A stretch of 64,000 bases of DNA, taken from an uncultured virus (IMG/VR IMGVR_UViG_3300028597_000015). Taxonomy: Duplodnaviria; Heunggongvirae; Uroviricota; Caudoviricetes. The notes beneath the pieces were generated by a model. That model worked only from the letters and a program-made list of their open reading frames with translations. It made no database searches and was not told the origin of the DNA. Within the stretch, counting starts at the first letter, position 1; each line of letters starts with the position of its first letter. The stretch lies in the IMG/VR virus record IMGVR_UViG_3300028597_000015; one strand, given 5' to 3'. Position numbers and translations under genes: made by a program. Shown here one piece after another: positions 10,605 through 21,600 of this stretch.

Positions 10605-11501
10605 GTGGCTGGTGTGGATATCAACCGCACTACGACCGGCGTCATCCTGCCGAAGGAGGTTTCGACGGAGATCTGGACGAAGACGCTGAACGCGTCCGTC
10701 ATCCAGCAACTGTGCCGTCGGATCAACCTCCCCGGCGGCGGGATCGACGTCCCGATCATCACCGGCGATCCCACTGCTGACTGGGTCTCGGAGACCGCCG
10801 AGAAGCCGGTCTCCCGTTCGACCTTCGGCTCGAAGAACATCAAGGGTTACACCCTGGCCGTCATCGAGCCGTTTTCGAACCAGTTCCGGCGTGACCTGGG
10901 CGCGCTCTACAACGCCCTGGTCGATCGGCTCCCGCTGATCCTGGCGAAGAAATTCGACCAGACCGCACTGGGTTTCGCGGCGTCTCCCGGCTCCGGGTTC
11001 GACACCCTGGCCGCTGCGCCGACCGTCAGCATCGCCACCAACGTCTACGACGGGTTCCTGGCGGCGCTGTCCAGCGTGGCCACCAACGACGGCGACGTCA
11101 CCGCGTGGGCACTGTCCACCCAGGGCGAGATCCTGGCCCTGGGCAGCAAGGACACCACCGGTCGGCCCATCTTCATCGGCAACGTCACGACCGAGGGTTC
11201 CTTCGGCAACGTGCTGGCCCGGCCCGCCTACAAGGCCCCGGGCAGCTACAAGGCCGGCACCATCGGCGCGCCGGGCACCGCCTCCACCGTCGGCTTCGGC
11301 GGTGAGTGGCAGAGCGCCGTGTGGGGCTACGTCGAGGGGATCTCCATCGACGTGTCCGACCAGGCCACCCTGAACGACGGCGGTACCGCGCTGAACCTCT
11401 GGCAGCGCAACATGTTCGCCGTCCGGTGTGAGGTCGAGGTCGGCTTCGCCGTCCGCGACGTCAACCGCTTCGTTCGGATCACCGGCCCCATCCCGACCTG
11501 A
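10605..11501 (+). CDS. Major capsid protein (HK97 fold)
   Basis: ADWVSETAEKP and NLWQRNMFAVRCEVEVGF motifs; AAAGGAG RBS. Confidence 0.95.
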   Translation: MAGVDINRTTTGVILPKEVSTEIWTKTLNASVIQQLCRRINLPGGGIDVPIITGDPTADWVSETAEKPVSRSTFGSKNIKGYTLAVIEPFSNQFRRDLGALYNALVDRLPLILAKKFDQTALGFAASPGSGFDTLAAAPTVSIATNVYDGFLAALSSVATNDGDVTAWALSTQGEILALGSKDTTGRPIFIGNVTTEGSFGNVLARPAYKAPGSYKAGTIGAPGTASTVGFGGEWQSAVWGYVEGISIDVSDQATLNDGGTALNLWQRNMFAVRCEVEVGFAVRDVNRFVRITGPIPT

Positions 11502-11677
11502 TGGGTACGGAACTGGTGTCGCCCTTCGGCGCCGGGTCCGTGGTGGTTCCGGATGACCTGGTGGACAAGTACCGGGCCGAGGGCTGGTCGGTCGCGCAGG
11601 CACCGGATGAACCGGAGCCGCCGGCGGACAAGCCGAAGGCCCGGGCGACCAGGACCCCCGCAGCGCGCCGCAAGTAG
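11501..11677 (+). CDS. Small head-associated hypothetical protein
   Basis: 58 aa read by hand; TGATG-coupled to the MCP; basic Pro-rich tail. Confidence 0.6.
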   Translation: MGTELVSPFGAGSVVVPDDLVDKYRAEGWSVAQAPDEPEPPADKPKARATRTPAARRK

Positions 11678-11692
11678 CCGAAAGGGGCTGCC

Positions 11693-12157
11693 ATGGCTGT
11701 CATTCCGACGCCGTACTGCACGCCGGACGACGTAGCAGGGGTGTGGCGCCCGATCGCCGATCAGTCGGAACGCGACGTCATCACCAACCTGATCGCGGAT
11801 GCGTCGCAGATGTTGGCCGAGATCCCGATCGTGCAGACCAGGATCGCGGCCGACCTGTTGCCCGCGAGCACGTTGCGGACCGTGTGCAAGTACATGGTCC
11901 GCCGGGTGATGATCAACCCGCAGGGCCTGCGCCAGTTCGGTGTTTCCGCCGACGACGCGCAGCGCAACGGCACCTACGACAGTTCGATATCGACCGGCCG
12001 GTTGTACGTCACCGATGACGAGATGGCCCGGCTCGCCGGGCGTCCCGTGGTCGGGGTGGACAGCGGGGCCTTCTCGATCCGACCCTGGGCGGGGCTCGTC
12101 GCCGAACCGTACCCGCCGGACCCCTGGGTCCCCGAGTACTCGGCGCCGCTGCCGTGA
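11693..12157 (+). CDS. Head-to-tail adaptor
   Basis: YCTPDDVAGVWRP...MVRRVMINPQG...LYVTDDE, Gp19/Gp15/Gp42-like; synteny. Confidence 0.85.
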   Translation: MAVIPTPYCTPDDVAGVWRPIADQSERDVITNLIADASQMLAEIPIVQTRIAADLLPASTLRTVCKYMVRRVMINPQGLRQFGVSADDAQRNGTYDSSISTGRLYVTDDEMARLAGRPVVGVDSGAFSIRPWAGLVAEPYPPDPWVPEYSAPLP

Positions 12158-12579
12158 TCATCGAACCGGCCGACATGTTGATGCTCCGGGCCGATACCGA
12201 ATCCCGCATGCGGGACACCTGCCAGATCACCGTGCCGGTCGGCTCCAGCGGTCCGCTGGACCCCGACACCGGACTCCCGGTGGAAACACCGGGCACGGTG
12301 CTCTATATCGGCAGGTGCCGGTACCGGACGGCGGGCGGGGTGTCGGCATCCGCCACCCGGGAGGTCGGTGGGGATCACGCGTCCATCGCGTTCCCCACCC
12401 TGTCCATCCCGGTGGCGGCGCCGCGCATCCCCATCGGGGCGGTGGCGGTGATCACCGATGTGCCGCCGGACGACCCGGCCGGGCATCTCCGGCTCAACCT
12501 GCGGATGCGGGTGATCGGTCAGAACCTGGCGACAGATCTGACCGCCCAACGGATGGCGATTGAGGTGGTGGTCGGGTAA
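12154..12579 (+). CDS. Head-to-tail stopper (DUF6093-like)
   Basis: AxxESRMRDTCQI...LYIGRCR motif; synteny. Confidence 0.8.
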   Translation: MIIEPADMLMLRADTESRMRDTCQITVPVGSSGPLDPDTGLPVETPGTVLYIGRCRYRTAGGVSASATREVGGDHASIAFPTLSIPVAAPRIPIGAVAVITDVPPDDPAGHLRLNLRMRVIGQNLATDLTAQRMAIEVVVG

Positions 12580-13046
12580 TGGCGATCCCCGGCTGGGCGG
12601 GAAACACCGGATCGAGTACCGGCGTCCGCCGACCGGCACCCACGGTTCGGCAGGGGGCCAGCACCGGCATCGTGATCGATGCCTCGCAGGCCGAGGAGTA
12701 CCGGGCGATGATCGCGGCGCAGACGGCTCTGTTGCTGCCCGAGATCAACACCATCGTGGCCAGGTCCGGTGCGCAGGTGCGCCGGCTGGCCGCCCAGCGG
12801 GCGATCTACACCAAACACACCCGCTGGGCCGGGATGTCCTGGAAGTCATCGTTCACCACCAAGACGCGGCGGTACACCACCGGCGTCTCGGTGGTGATCG
12901 AGTCGCGCTCGCAACTGGGCACGATCCTGACCTACGGCGTGCCGAGCAAGCGGACCCGTCCGCATGACGCGCTCGGGGTCGCGATCGAGGAGACCACCCC
13001 GACGATCATGGCCGATCTCCAGGCCCTGCTGGCGAGACTCATATGA
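12579..13046 (+). CDS. Neck protein (HK97 gp10-like)
   Basis: LGTILTYG...TRPH motif; synteny between stopper and terminator. Confidence 0.6.
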   Translation: MAIPGWAGNTGSSTGVRRPAPTVRQGASTGIVIDASQAEEYRAMIAAQTALLLPEINTIVARSGAQVRRLAAQRAIYTKHTRWAGMSWKSSFTTKTRRYTTGVSVVIESRSQLGTILTYGVPSKRTRPHDALGVAIEETTPTIMADLQALLARLI

Positions 13047-13459
13047 ACACCGCCGATGTCATCCTGGCTGCGTTGCGGTCGGCCCTGCCGACGGACGTAG
13101 CGGTCTACGACGCGATGGTGCCGGGTAGTCCACCGGCGCGCTACGTGATCCTGTTCTGCGGCAACGGGCTGCGCGAATCGTCCTCCGTGCTGGGCACTTC
13201 CACCGATGTGACGCAGACCTTCCAGGTCACGTCGGTGACCAGCCGACCGGACACCGCGTCGACTCCGGCGCCGCTGACCCGGTGGCTACAGGCCAAGGTG
13301 CGGGAGTCGCTGACCGATCAACGGCTCACGGTCGACGGTCTGGTGTGCGGCCCCATCCGACACGTCCAGTCACTGCCTCCGGTGGTGGATGAGGACGTCA
13401 AGGATCGCCCAACGGTTTACGCCGTCGATCAATTCGAGTTCCAGGCCGGTTGGCTCTAG
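13043..13459 (+). CDS. Tail terminator
   Basis: VYDAMVP...YVIL...YAVDQF; located before the major tail protein. Confidence 0.8.
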   Translation: MNTADVILAALRSALPTDVAVYDAMVPGSPPARYVILFCGNGLRESSSVLGTSTDVTQTFQVTSVTSRPDTASTPAPLTRWLQAKVRESLTDQRLTVDGLVCGPIRHVQSLPPVVDEDVKDRPTVYAVDQFEFQAGWL

Positions 13460-13471
13460 GAAAGGCAATAC

Positions 13472-13636
13472 ATGACCAAGAAGAAGAAGGCCGAGGGGAC
13501 CGGCGAATACGTGCCGCCCGGCTCGGTCGCGATCGAGACCGTGCTCGGCAACGAGGATTTCGTGCCGGACATTCCGGAGATCGTCACCTACCGCGACCTC
13601 GCGGTCGACCAGCCGGCCGTGCCGGCTTCCGAGTGA
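13472..13636 (+). CDS. Small hypothetical protein
   Basis: 54 aa (MTKKKKAEG...) read by hand; GAAAGG RBS. Confidence 0.55.
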   Translation: MTKKKKAEGTGEYVPPGSVAIETVLGNEDFVPDIPEIVTYRDLAVDQPAVPASE

Positions 13637-13650
13637 AGGGATAGTCGCAC

Positions 13651-14148
13651 ATGGCTCGCATGGTTGATCTTGCGGTCACGACCTACTGGTGGGTCGAGAC
13701 GATCGCAAACCCCCTGGCGCCGACGGCAACGGAAATCACGGCTGGGGAGAACATCTCCCAGTACCTGACGACCGCAACGACGTTCGGCGCGGACGACTCG
13801 GACACCGTGTCCGAGAAGGCCATCACGGAGACGGCACAGATCGATGTGCCGACCATCCAGAAGTACGCCGCGTCGTTGGAGTTCTTCCGGGACTTCACGG
13901 CGAATGCGCCGTCCGCCACGGACCTGTCGAACATCTTCCAGGGTGGGAACGAGCAGGGTTACCTGGTCCGCCGCATCGGCTACCCGTCCAGCACCGCCGT
14001 CGCGTCCACCCAGAGCGTGGAGATCGGCAAGTTCATCGCCGACGTCCCGAAGTACCGGGGCGGCGAAGGAAACGGGTTCGTCAAGGGCTCGGTGAAGATG
14101 CTCCAGCAGGGCTTCTACAAGGCGAACGTGGACGTCGCCGGTCCCTGA
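13651..14148 (+). CDS. Major tail protein
   Basis: WVETIANPLAPTATEI...GYLVRRIG is a typical actinophage tail tube signature. Confidence 0.9.
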   Translation: MARMVDLAVTTYWWVETIANPLAPTATEITAGENISQYLTTATTFGADDSDTVSEKAITETAQIDVPTIQKYAASLEFFRDFTANAPSATDLSNIFQGGNEQGYLVRRIGYPSSTAVASTQSVEIGKFIADVPKYRGGEGNGFVKGSVKMLQQGFYKANVDVAGP

Positions 14149-14164
14149 TCCATCCCCGGGGAGA

Positions 14165-14204
14165 ACAGGCCCTCCGTCGCTTATGCCGAGCCCGGAGGGC
14201 CTGT
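14165..14204 (+). terminator. Hairpin / possible terminator after the major tail gene
   Basis: 12-bp perfect inverted repeat ACAGGCCCTCCG / CGGAGGGCCTGT with a 16-nt loop; no U-tract. Confidence 0.5.
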
Positions 14205-14254
14205 CCCGTACCAGCAGTAGATACCACCCGCTCCAATTCTAAGGAATACGACAG

Positions 14255-14647
14255 ATGAGTGACATCACCCATTCCCGCCGGGCCACCGAGTTCATCGAGT
14301 ATCACGACGCCGCCGACGGCCGCCTGCCCGGCGAGGATCTGATCAAGGCGAGCATCCATGCCTCGCTGGCCAACGCGCGTGCCCTGCGCGAGATCGACAC
14401 CACCACCCGCCAGGTCCACCGGCTGACCGCCGACTCGATCGATGATCTCGCCCGGGATCTGGTCGGTTTGCTGCGGCCCGCGCCGATACTGGTCAAGCTG
14501 GAGGACGCGTGGGTGAATCCGCGTCATGTGATCAGCGTGTTCCCCCGGGGCGAGTCGGCGGCGGTCTCCCTGACCAGCGGCCTGGTAATGACCGTGCAGC
14601 GCGATGTCGACCTGGTGGCCGCCACCCTGCTCGGGGCGGTGTCCTGA
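14255..14647 (+). CDS. Hypothetical protein inserted in the tail module
   Basis: 130 aa; TGATG-coupled to the chaperone gene. Confidence 0.65.
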   Translation: MSDITHSRRATEFIEYHDAADGRLPGEDLIKASIHASLANARALREIDTTTRQVHRLTADSIDDLARDLVGLLRPAPILVKLEDAWVNPRHVISVFPRGESAAVSLTSGLVMTVQRDVDLVAATLLGAVS

Positions 14648-15336
14648 TGCCGGTCTCCCGCACCCGCCCCACCCGCAAGCGTCCGGCCGCGTCCCGGACC
14701 AAAGCCGTTGAGCCCGAGACTCCGGCCGATTTCGATTTCGACGCGTTCGTAGGCGGTTTCCGCCGACCCACCATCACGCGATACCTGTACCAGCGGGCCG
14801 ACCTGGTGCCCCGCCTGTCCGAGCTGGACGAGATCATCAGCGACCTGGAACGACGGGTCGACCGTATGCAGAGCGCCGACGAGACCGTCGAACGGTCGGT
14901 CACCGACGACGACCCGCTGACCCGGATGCAGGACCGGCTGAACCGGCTGATCACCGAGTTCAACGACATCGCCCAGGAATACGAGGAATCCAAGATCCCG
15001 TTCACCTTCCGGATTCCCGATCGGAAGACGGACACCCAGCGGACGCGATCGATGATGGAGTCCGACGGGGTGTTCAATCCGGACCCCCCGCCGATCGACA
15101 CGCCCGAGGGCGAGGAGTACGCGGACATCACGTCGATGTACTCGATCGCGGTCACCTGTACCTCCCACCCGATGAGTGTTCCGCAGTGGCGCGCCTTCCG
15201 GGAGACGGTCGGCGAGGCCGCGTGGATGACCCTGTTCATGGGTTGGCTGGAAGGGGTGAAGGCGGCGATGCCGTCGGTCCCTTTCTCGCAGAAGCCCTTA
15301 CCTACCCAAGAGCGGACGACGCCGTCGCCCGACTGA
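14647..15336 (+). CDS. Tail assembly chaperone (gpG-like)
   Basis: Upstream of the TMP; contains slippery site C CCT TTC at 15279-15285. Confidence 0.85.
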   Translation: MPVSRTRPTRKRPAASRTKAVEPETPADFDFDAFVGGFRRPTITRYLYQRADLVPRLSELDEIISDLERRVDRMQSADETVERSVTDDDPLTRMQDRLNRLITEFNDIAQEYEESKIPFTFRIPDRKTDTQRTRSMMESDGVFNPDPPPIDTPEGEEYADITSMYSIAVTCTSHPMSVPQWRAFRETVGEAAWMTLFMGWLEGVKAAMPSVPFSQKPLPTQERTTPSPD

Positions 15337-15656
15337 CGGCGGCCAAGGAATTCGGTGTCGCGCCGACCGTGATGTGGGGGCGGCATCGGCGCAAGCCGCA
15401 CCGGTACACCCGCAAGGACGTCGCCCTGGCGCTGGCCTTCCGGGCGTACCAGGCCCAGCTCTGCCCGGACTGCGGGCACTCGACGGTGCACTCGTTCAAC
15501 GATTTCAACGCCGGTGAGTACGTGCATAAGGACGACAAGTATTGCCTGGCTTGCGAAGTCCGCGAGAAGCACAGCGAGGACAAGCGCGAGCCGGGCCAGA
15601 AGCGTTACGTGGTGTGCCTTATCGGCACGGACGAAAAGAGCGACATCGAGCTGTAG
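15279..15656 (+). CDS. Tail assembly chaperone, -1 frameshift extension (gpGT-like)
   Basis: The -1 frame is open from the slippery site (PFLAEALTYPR...CPDCGH...CLAC) to TAG at 15656. Confidence 0.8.
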   Translation, partial: PFLAEALTYPRADDAVARLTAAKEFGVAPTVMWGRHRRKPHRYTRKDVALALAFRAYQAQLCPDCGHSTVHSFNDFNAGEYVHKDDKYCLACEVREKHSEDKREPGQKRYVVCLIGTDEKSDIEL

Positions 15657-15681
15657 ATGACAACCGGGGTGGTGGCAGAAC

Positions 15682-18600
15682 ATGGTCGATCGTCAGGTAC
15701 GGATCATCATCTCGGCGGACGTGGCCGGGGCCATCGCGGGGTTCCGCCAGGTGCAGGGCGGTCTGGGCGGGGTGGCCGACGCCGCGAACCAGGCGCAGGG
15801 GGCCACCGGCGGCTGGATGGACAACCTGCGCAAGGGTGCGGTGATCGCCGGCTTGACCACCGGCCTGCTCGGCATCGGGGCGGCGATCCGGTCCGTGGTC
15901 AACATGGGCATCGAGTTCGAACGTGCGCTGAACGTCTGGGGTGTCGTCACCCTGGCGAGCACCACCCAGATGCAGAAGTTCTCGGCCGTGGCCAAGGAAC
16001 TCGGCAACGACGTGCGCATCCCCGGTGCCACCGCCGCCACCGCCGCCCAGGCCATGCTGGCTCTGGCCAAGGGTGGACTGACGGCGCAGCAGTCCCTGGA
16101 GGCGGCGCGGGGCACCCTGATCCTGGCGGCCGCCGCCCAGGTGGACGGCGCCCGGGCCGCCGAGATCCAGGCCAGCGCCCTGAACACCTTCGGTCTGGCG
16201 GCGGACCAGGCCGGGCACGTCGCGGACGTGCTGGCCAACGTGTCGAACGCGGCCACCGGCGACATCGATGATTTCGCCCTGGCCCTGCGGCAGACCGGCA
16301 CGGTGGCCAACGCCGCCGGCTGGTCGCTGGAGGAGACCACCACCACCCTGGGCCTGATGGCCAAGGCGGGCCTGACCGGGTCGGACGCCGGTACCTCGCT
16401 GAAGACGGCGCTGATCCAGCTACTGAACCCGACGGCCAAGCAAACCGAGGCCACCCGCAAGCTCGGCATCGAGACGGTCAACGCGAACGGCGAGATCATC
16501 TCGGCGAAGGAACTGACCGAGGATCTGGCCAAGGCCAAGCGCCGGTACTCGGAGGCCGAGTTCGCCGCCCTCACCGCGCAGGCCCTGGGCCAGGACGCCG
16601 TCCGGACCGGCCTGGTGATCTCGCTGGCCGGGGCCAAGGGATTCGACACCATGGCCGAGGCGATCATGCGGGAGGACGGCGCCGCGCGGCTGGCGGCGGC
16701 CAACGCCGATGGCCTGGGCGGTTCCTTCGAGGCGTTCAAGAACTCGGTGTCCACCGCCGCGTTCACCCTGTTCGAAGAACTGTCCCCGGCGCTCCAGTCC
16801 GTCACCGATTTCACCGTCGGTGTGGTGCAGGTGATCGGTTCGTTCATCGGCATTCTCGGCGGTCTGCCCGGTCCGCTGGACTCCATCGCTCTCGCCATGC
16901 TCGGCGTGCTGATCATGGGCAAGCCGCTGAACATGATGTGGGCGGCGATGAGGACCGCCATCCTGGCCCAGATCCCGGCGCTCGCCACGGCCGGCGCATC
17001 GATGAACATCTTCACGTTGATCATGCGGGGCACGGCGGCGGCGGCGATCGGCCTGGGCGCGGCGCTGAAGTCGGTGTTCCTGTCGAACCCGATCGGTCTC
17101 GCGATCATCGGCATCACCACGGCGATCTCGCTGTTCCAGTGGGCCACCGAGGAAGCCACTCCGGTGGTGAACGACTTCAGCGACGCCATCGACCAGCAGA
17201 CCGGCGCGATCAAGGACAACGCGGCGGCCCAGCTGGTCGAGAAGTTCTCCAAGGACGGCTCGCTGAACGCGGCGAAGAACGCCAAGATCACCCAGGAGGA
17301 GTACACGGCGGCGGTCCTGCTGGGCGGTGACGCCCTGACCGCCGTCAACGAGAAGCTTGTCGACAACGCCATCGCGTCGGCGAAAAGCGGTGGGACGTAC
17401 AACGATCTCGCGGCGGCGGCGGCCAAGGCCGGAATCTCCGTCGAGGAACTGGTCGCCAAGTTCCTGACCGGGACCGACACCGGCAGCATCTACACCAAGT
17501 CGATGCAGCGGCAGAAGGATGTCTACGAGGACATCAACAAGAAGGCGGCGGACTTCGGGGCCGAGCAGACCCGGGTCAAGGATGCGACCGAGGTCGCCGG
17601 TAACGTCATCGACTCGGTCGCCGGAAAGACCGACCGGTTCGGCAATGTCATCCAGGAGCAGGGCAGGGATCTGTCCGCCCTCGGCGAGAACTACGAGCAA
17701 CTGGACAAGGCCCTCCGGAAGTACCAGGACGAGCTGGGCTGGTCCAAGCTGCCGTTGCTCGGCCTGAAGAACATCGTCGATGACTACCGGCGGACCACCG
17801 ATGCGGCAACCCTTGCGCAGGAGGCGTTCTCGTACGCCCTGCTGTCCACGGGGGAACTGACCAAGGCCAAGGCCGAGCGAGCCAACGACGCCGCCATGCG
17901 CGGCGTCACCACCGCCGCGCGCAACCACCAGAAGGCGCTGCGGGATGTCGAGGAACGCGAGAAGGCGCTCCAGGATCTCCGGACGTACGGGCTCAACCAG
18001 GCCGGCGACATCGAGCACGCCCAGCGGAACGCCGCCGACGCGGCCAAGGAAGCCACCAAGGCGCAGACCGATCTGGAAAAGGCCAGGGCCAAGGCAACTC
18101 GGGATGAGGCCGACGCCATCGAGGCGTTGAACGAGGCCCGGGCCAAGGCCGACCAGGCGAACCGGGAGGCGGCCGACGCGCTGGCCAAGGCCCAGGCCGA
18201 CGCGCCGAAGGCTACATCCAGTGCCCAGGCGGATCTGGCCAAGGCGCAGGAGCAGGGCGCGCGGGCGGTCCGCGACGCGCAGGAGCGGCTGGTCAAGCTC
18301 CAGGGCGATCCGACGGCCACGGCGACCGACCTGCGGGATGCCACCGAGAAGCTGGCCGATGCCCAGCGGGACAGCCAGGAGGACATCGCCAAGGCGACCG
18401 AGAAGCTGGCCACCGCCCAGGAGGATGGCCAGAAGGCCATCGCCGATGCGCAGCAGAAGGTCAACGACACCCAGGCGTCCGGGGCGAAATCGGTTGAGGA
18501 CGCCCAGGACCGGGTCAAGACGGCGCAGGAGTCGGCGGCGGATTCGATCGCCAACGCGCTGGAGCGGCTGGAGCAGGCGAACCAGTCCCTGGCCGATGCG

Positions 18601-21600
18601 CAGACCCGGCTCCAGGAGGTCCAGGCCAACGGCGTCGCGTCGTCGGCCGACCTGGCGGCGGCGAACGATGCCCTGGCCGACGCGCATGCGAACGTGGCGG
18701 CGACGGCCGATGCCCAGTCGGATGCGGTCGAGCGGGCCGCCCAGAGCGCCCTGGACATGGCGGCGGCGGCGTACGCGGAGGCCACCGCGCAGGGCACGGC
18801 GGCCGACGGGGTGAAAAAGGGCACGGAGGAATGGGAACGCCAGCGGGCCAAGCTGGAGGAGACCCTTCGGCAGGCGGGCTACACCGACGACGAGATCAAG
18901 ATCCTGGTCGAGCGTCTCATGTCCACCCCGGACAAGGTCACGACCACCTTCGAGCAGATCGCCATCGATGACGCCATCGCGAAAGCCAAGCGGCTCAACG
19001 AGGAATACGAGAAGGCCAAGGCGAACCTGAAGGCGATCGCGCTCGGCAACCTGGTCATCAGCATGAAGCCGATGACCCAGGCCGAGGCGGACGCGGCCAA
19101 CGCCAACGCAGCGGCCCACGGCTACGCCACGACCGACTACGGCGCCCTGGGGCTGATCATCGGCGGCCCCCCGGCCAGCCCGTGGGGACAGGGCAACCCC
19201 TGGGCCGGTGCCGGCGGGCCGATCCCCAACCGGGCGGGTCGGGCCGACGGCGGGTTCATCTCCGGACCCGGCGGGTCCACCGAGGATGCCATCGCGGCGT
19301 TCCTGTCCAACGGCGAGTTCGTGGTGAATGCCAAGTCCACGGCCAAGTATCGGTGGCTGCTGGAGGCGATCAACAGCGGCGTCCGGGGGTTCGCCCTCGG
19401 TGGCGCGGTGCAGGCCAAGGTCGGCGCGGACGACGCGTTGGGCCGGGCCACCACGTTCGGCGTGGCCATGCAGGCGGGGGTCGCCTCCCCGTCGGCCGAG
19501 TCCACGGACAAGGCGTGGACGGACATCGCCGGAACCGTGGTCGACGCCTGGGAGGGCAAGATCGCCCCGGCGCTGACCGAGATGACCGACGCCACGGTCA
19601 ACGTCGGCGACCAGAACCAGAACCTGCTGGACGTCGGGGTCAAGCCGACCTGGGACCAGATCTCCCAGACCATCGGGATGAACTGGACCGACCGGGTCCG
19701 GCCGACCTACGACACCCTGAACCAGGGCAGCACGAACGTCGGCAGCACCATGGAGCGGCTGCGCGACCAGCAGGCCGTCCCGGCGTGGAACCAGATCTCC
19801 GGCAACATCGAGGATTCCTGGGGCCGGCGGATCGACCCGACGTTCGAACAACTGAACCAGGGCTCGGCGAATGTCGGATCGTCGCAGACCGGGCTGGCCC
19901 AGACGTCCGTGCTGGCCTGGCAGACCATCGGCAACGCGGTCCAGACGGTCTACACCCAGCAGATCGTCCCGGCCTGGTCCGGCACCCAGCAGTTCGTCCA
20001 GACCATGGGTGTGTTCTTCGGTGGGATCGCCGCCGGGATGACCCTGGCCAAGGAAACCGCGATCAAGGAAATCACCGAGATCAACACGGCCATCGACCTG
20101 TTCTTCAAGATGGTCGACACGCGGGTGCAGCTCGTGCAGATCCAGAACGCCGCCGCCCAGGTGGCGGTGGCCGGTCAGATGGCCGACGGCGGACCGATCA
20201 CCGCCGGCACCGGGCCGCGCTCGGACGACGTGCTGATCGCGGTGTCCAGGGGCGAGTACGTGATCAACGCCGCGTCCGCCGCCCGGCACCGCGAACTGCT
20301 GGACCGGATCAACACCGGCGGCGGTGGTTACGCCGACGGCGGGCTGGTCGGTCCGGCGATCGCCAGCCGGGTCGACCCGATGATGCAGGGCGGCACCCAC
20401 AAGGCCGTTGAGGCGGCCGTGGACCGCCTGTTGCAGTACATGCCGTCTCTCTACGCCGGAGCGGCCGGGCTGACGTTCAACGGCAATCTGACGGTCGGCG
20501 GGATCACGGTTCCGTTGCCCGACGGCGCCCGGGGCAAGTTCATGGAGGCGGTCGCCTCGCAGATGGGCACCCCGTACGTCTGGGGCGGCGCGAACCCTCC
20601 CGGGTTCGACTGCTCGGGCCTGATGTCCTGGGCGTTGACCCAGGCGGGGGTGGGCAAGGGTCGGCTGACCGCGTCGGCGTTCCATCACGGCTTCCCGCAC
20701 ATCGGAATGCCCGGGAAGCCCGGCGACATGGTCACCTTCGATACCGGTCGGCTGCCGGGCGATGCCGGTCACATCGGTGCCGTGCTGGACCCCGGCCGGG
20801 GTCTGATGATGCACACCGACGGCGCCGGTCCGGCCCGGGTGAGCGACTACTTCACCCGCGACGGCGGACCCCTGTCCGTCATCGATCCGGTCGGCGGTGC
20901 GCTGACGGTGACGCCGCCTCCGACCCAGGAGGCGGGTGATCCACCGACGGCCGGCTGGCTGGGCAAGGTGCTCGGCAAGATCAGGGCCGGCGGCACCGGC
21001 GGTACCGGGGCCGGAGCGGTCACGGTCGACGGCAGCACCTTCGGCAGCACCGCCTCCATGAACACGGTCGATCCGATCCAGGACTTCGGCCCGCGCAACA
21101 TGGAGCTGGGCAAACCGGAGTACGTCGGCCCGACCCCGCCCGGTGATCAGCGGGGCCGCTGGGCGGGGCTGTACACGTACGCGCTCCAGAAGATGGGCAT
21201 GTACAGCGAGCCGTCGCTGGCCAACATGATGGCGCAGATGGGCCTGGAGTCCAACGGAGATCCGTTGTCCTACAACGACTGGGACCGCAACTTCACCGCC
21301 GGACATCCGTCGAAATCTTTGCTCCAGACCATCCCGGGAACCTTCCGGGCGAACGCGGCACCGGGGTACTCCACGAACATCTGGGACCCGCTGTCGAATG
21401 CGTTCGCGGCGCTGAAGTACGTCAAGGGCAAGTACGGCGGGGTGTTCCCGTTGCACGCCTACGACGCCGGGGGCTATGTCCCCGAGGGATTGTCGGCGGT
21501 GTGGAACGGCACCGGGAAGCCGGAACCGGTGTTCAACCAACCGCAATGGGATGTGCTCGCCGCCAATGCGTTCGGCGGGGTGGGCGCGCCCAGCATCCAG

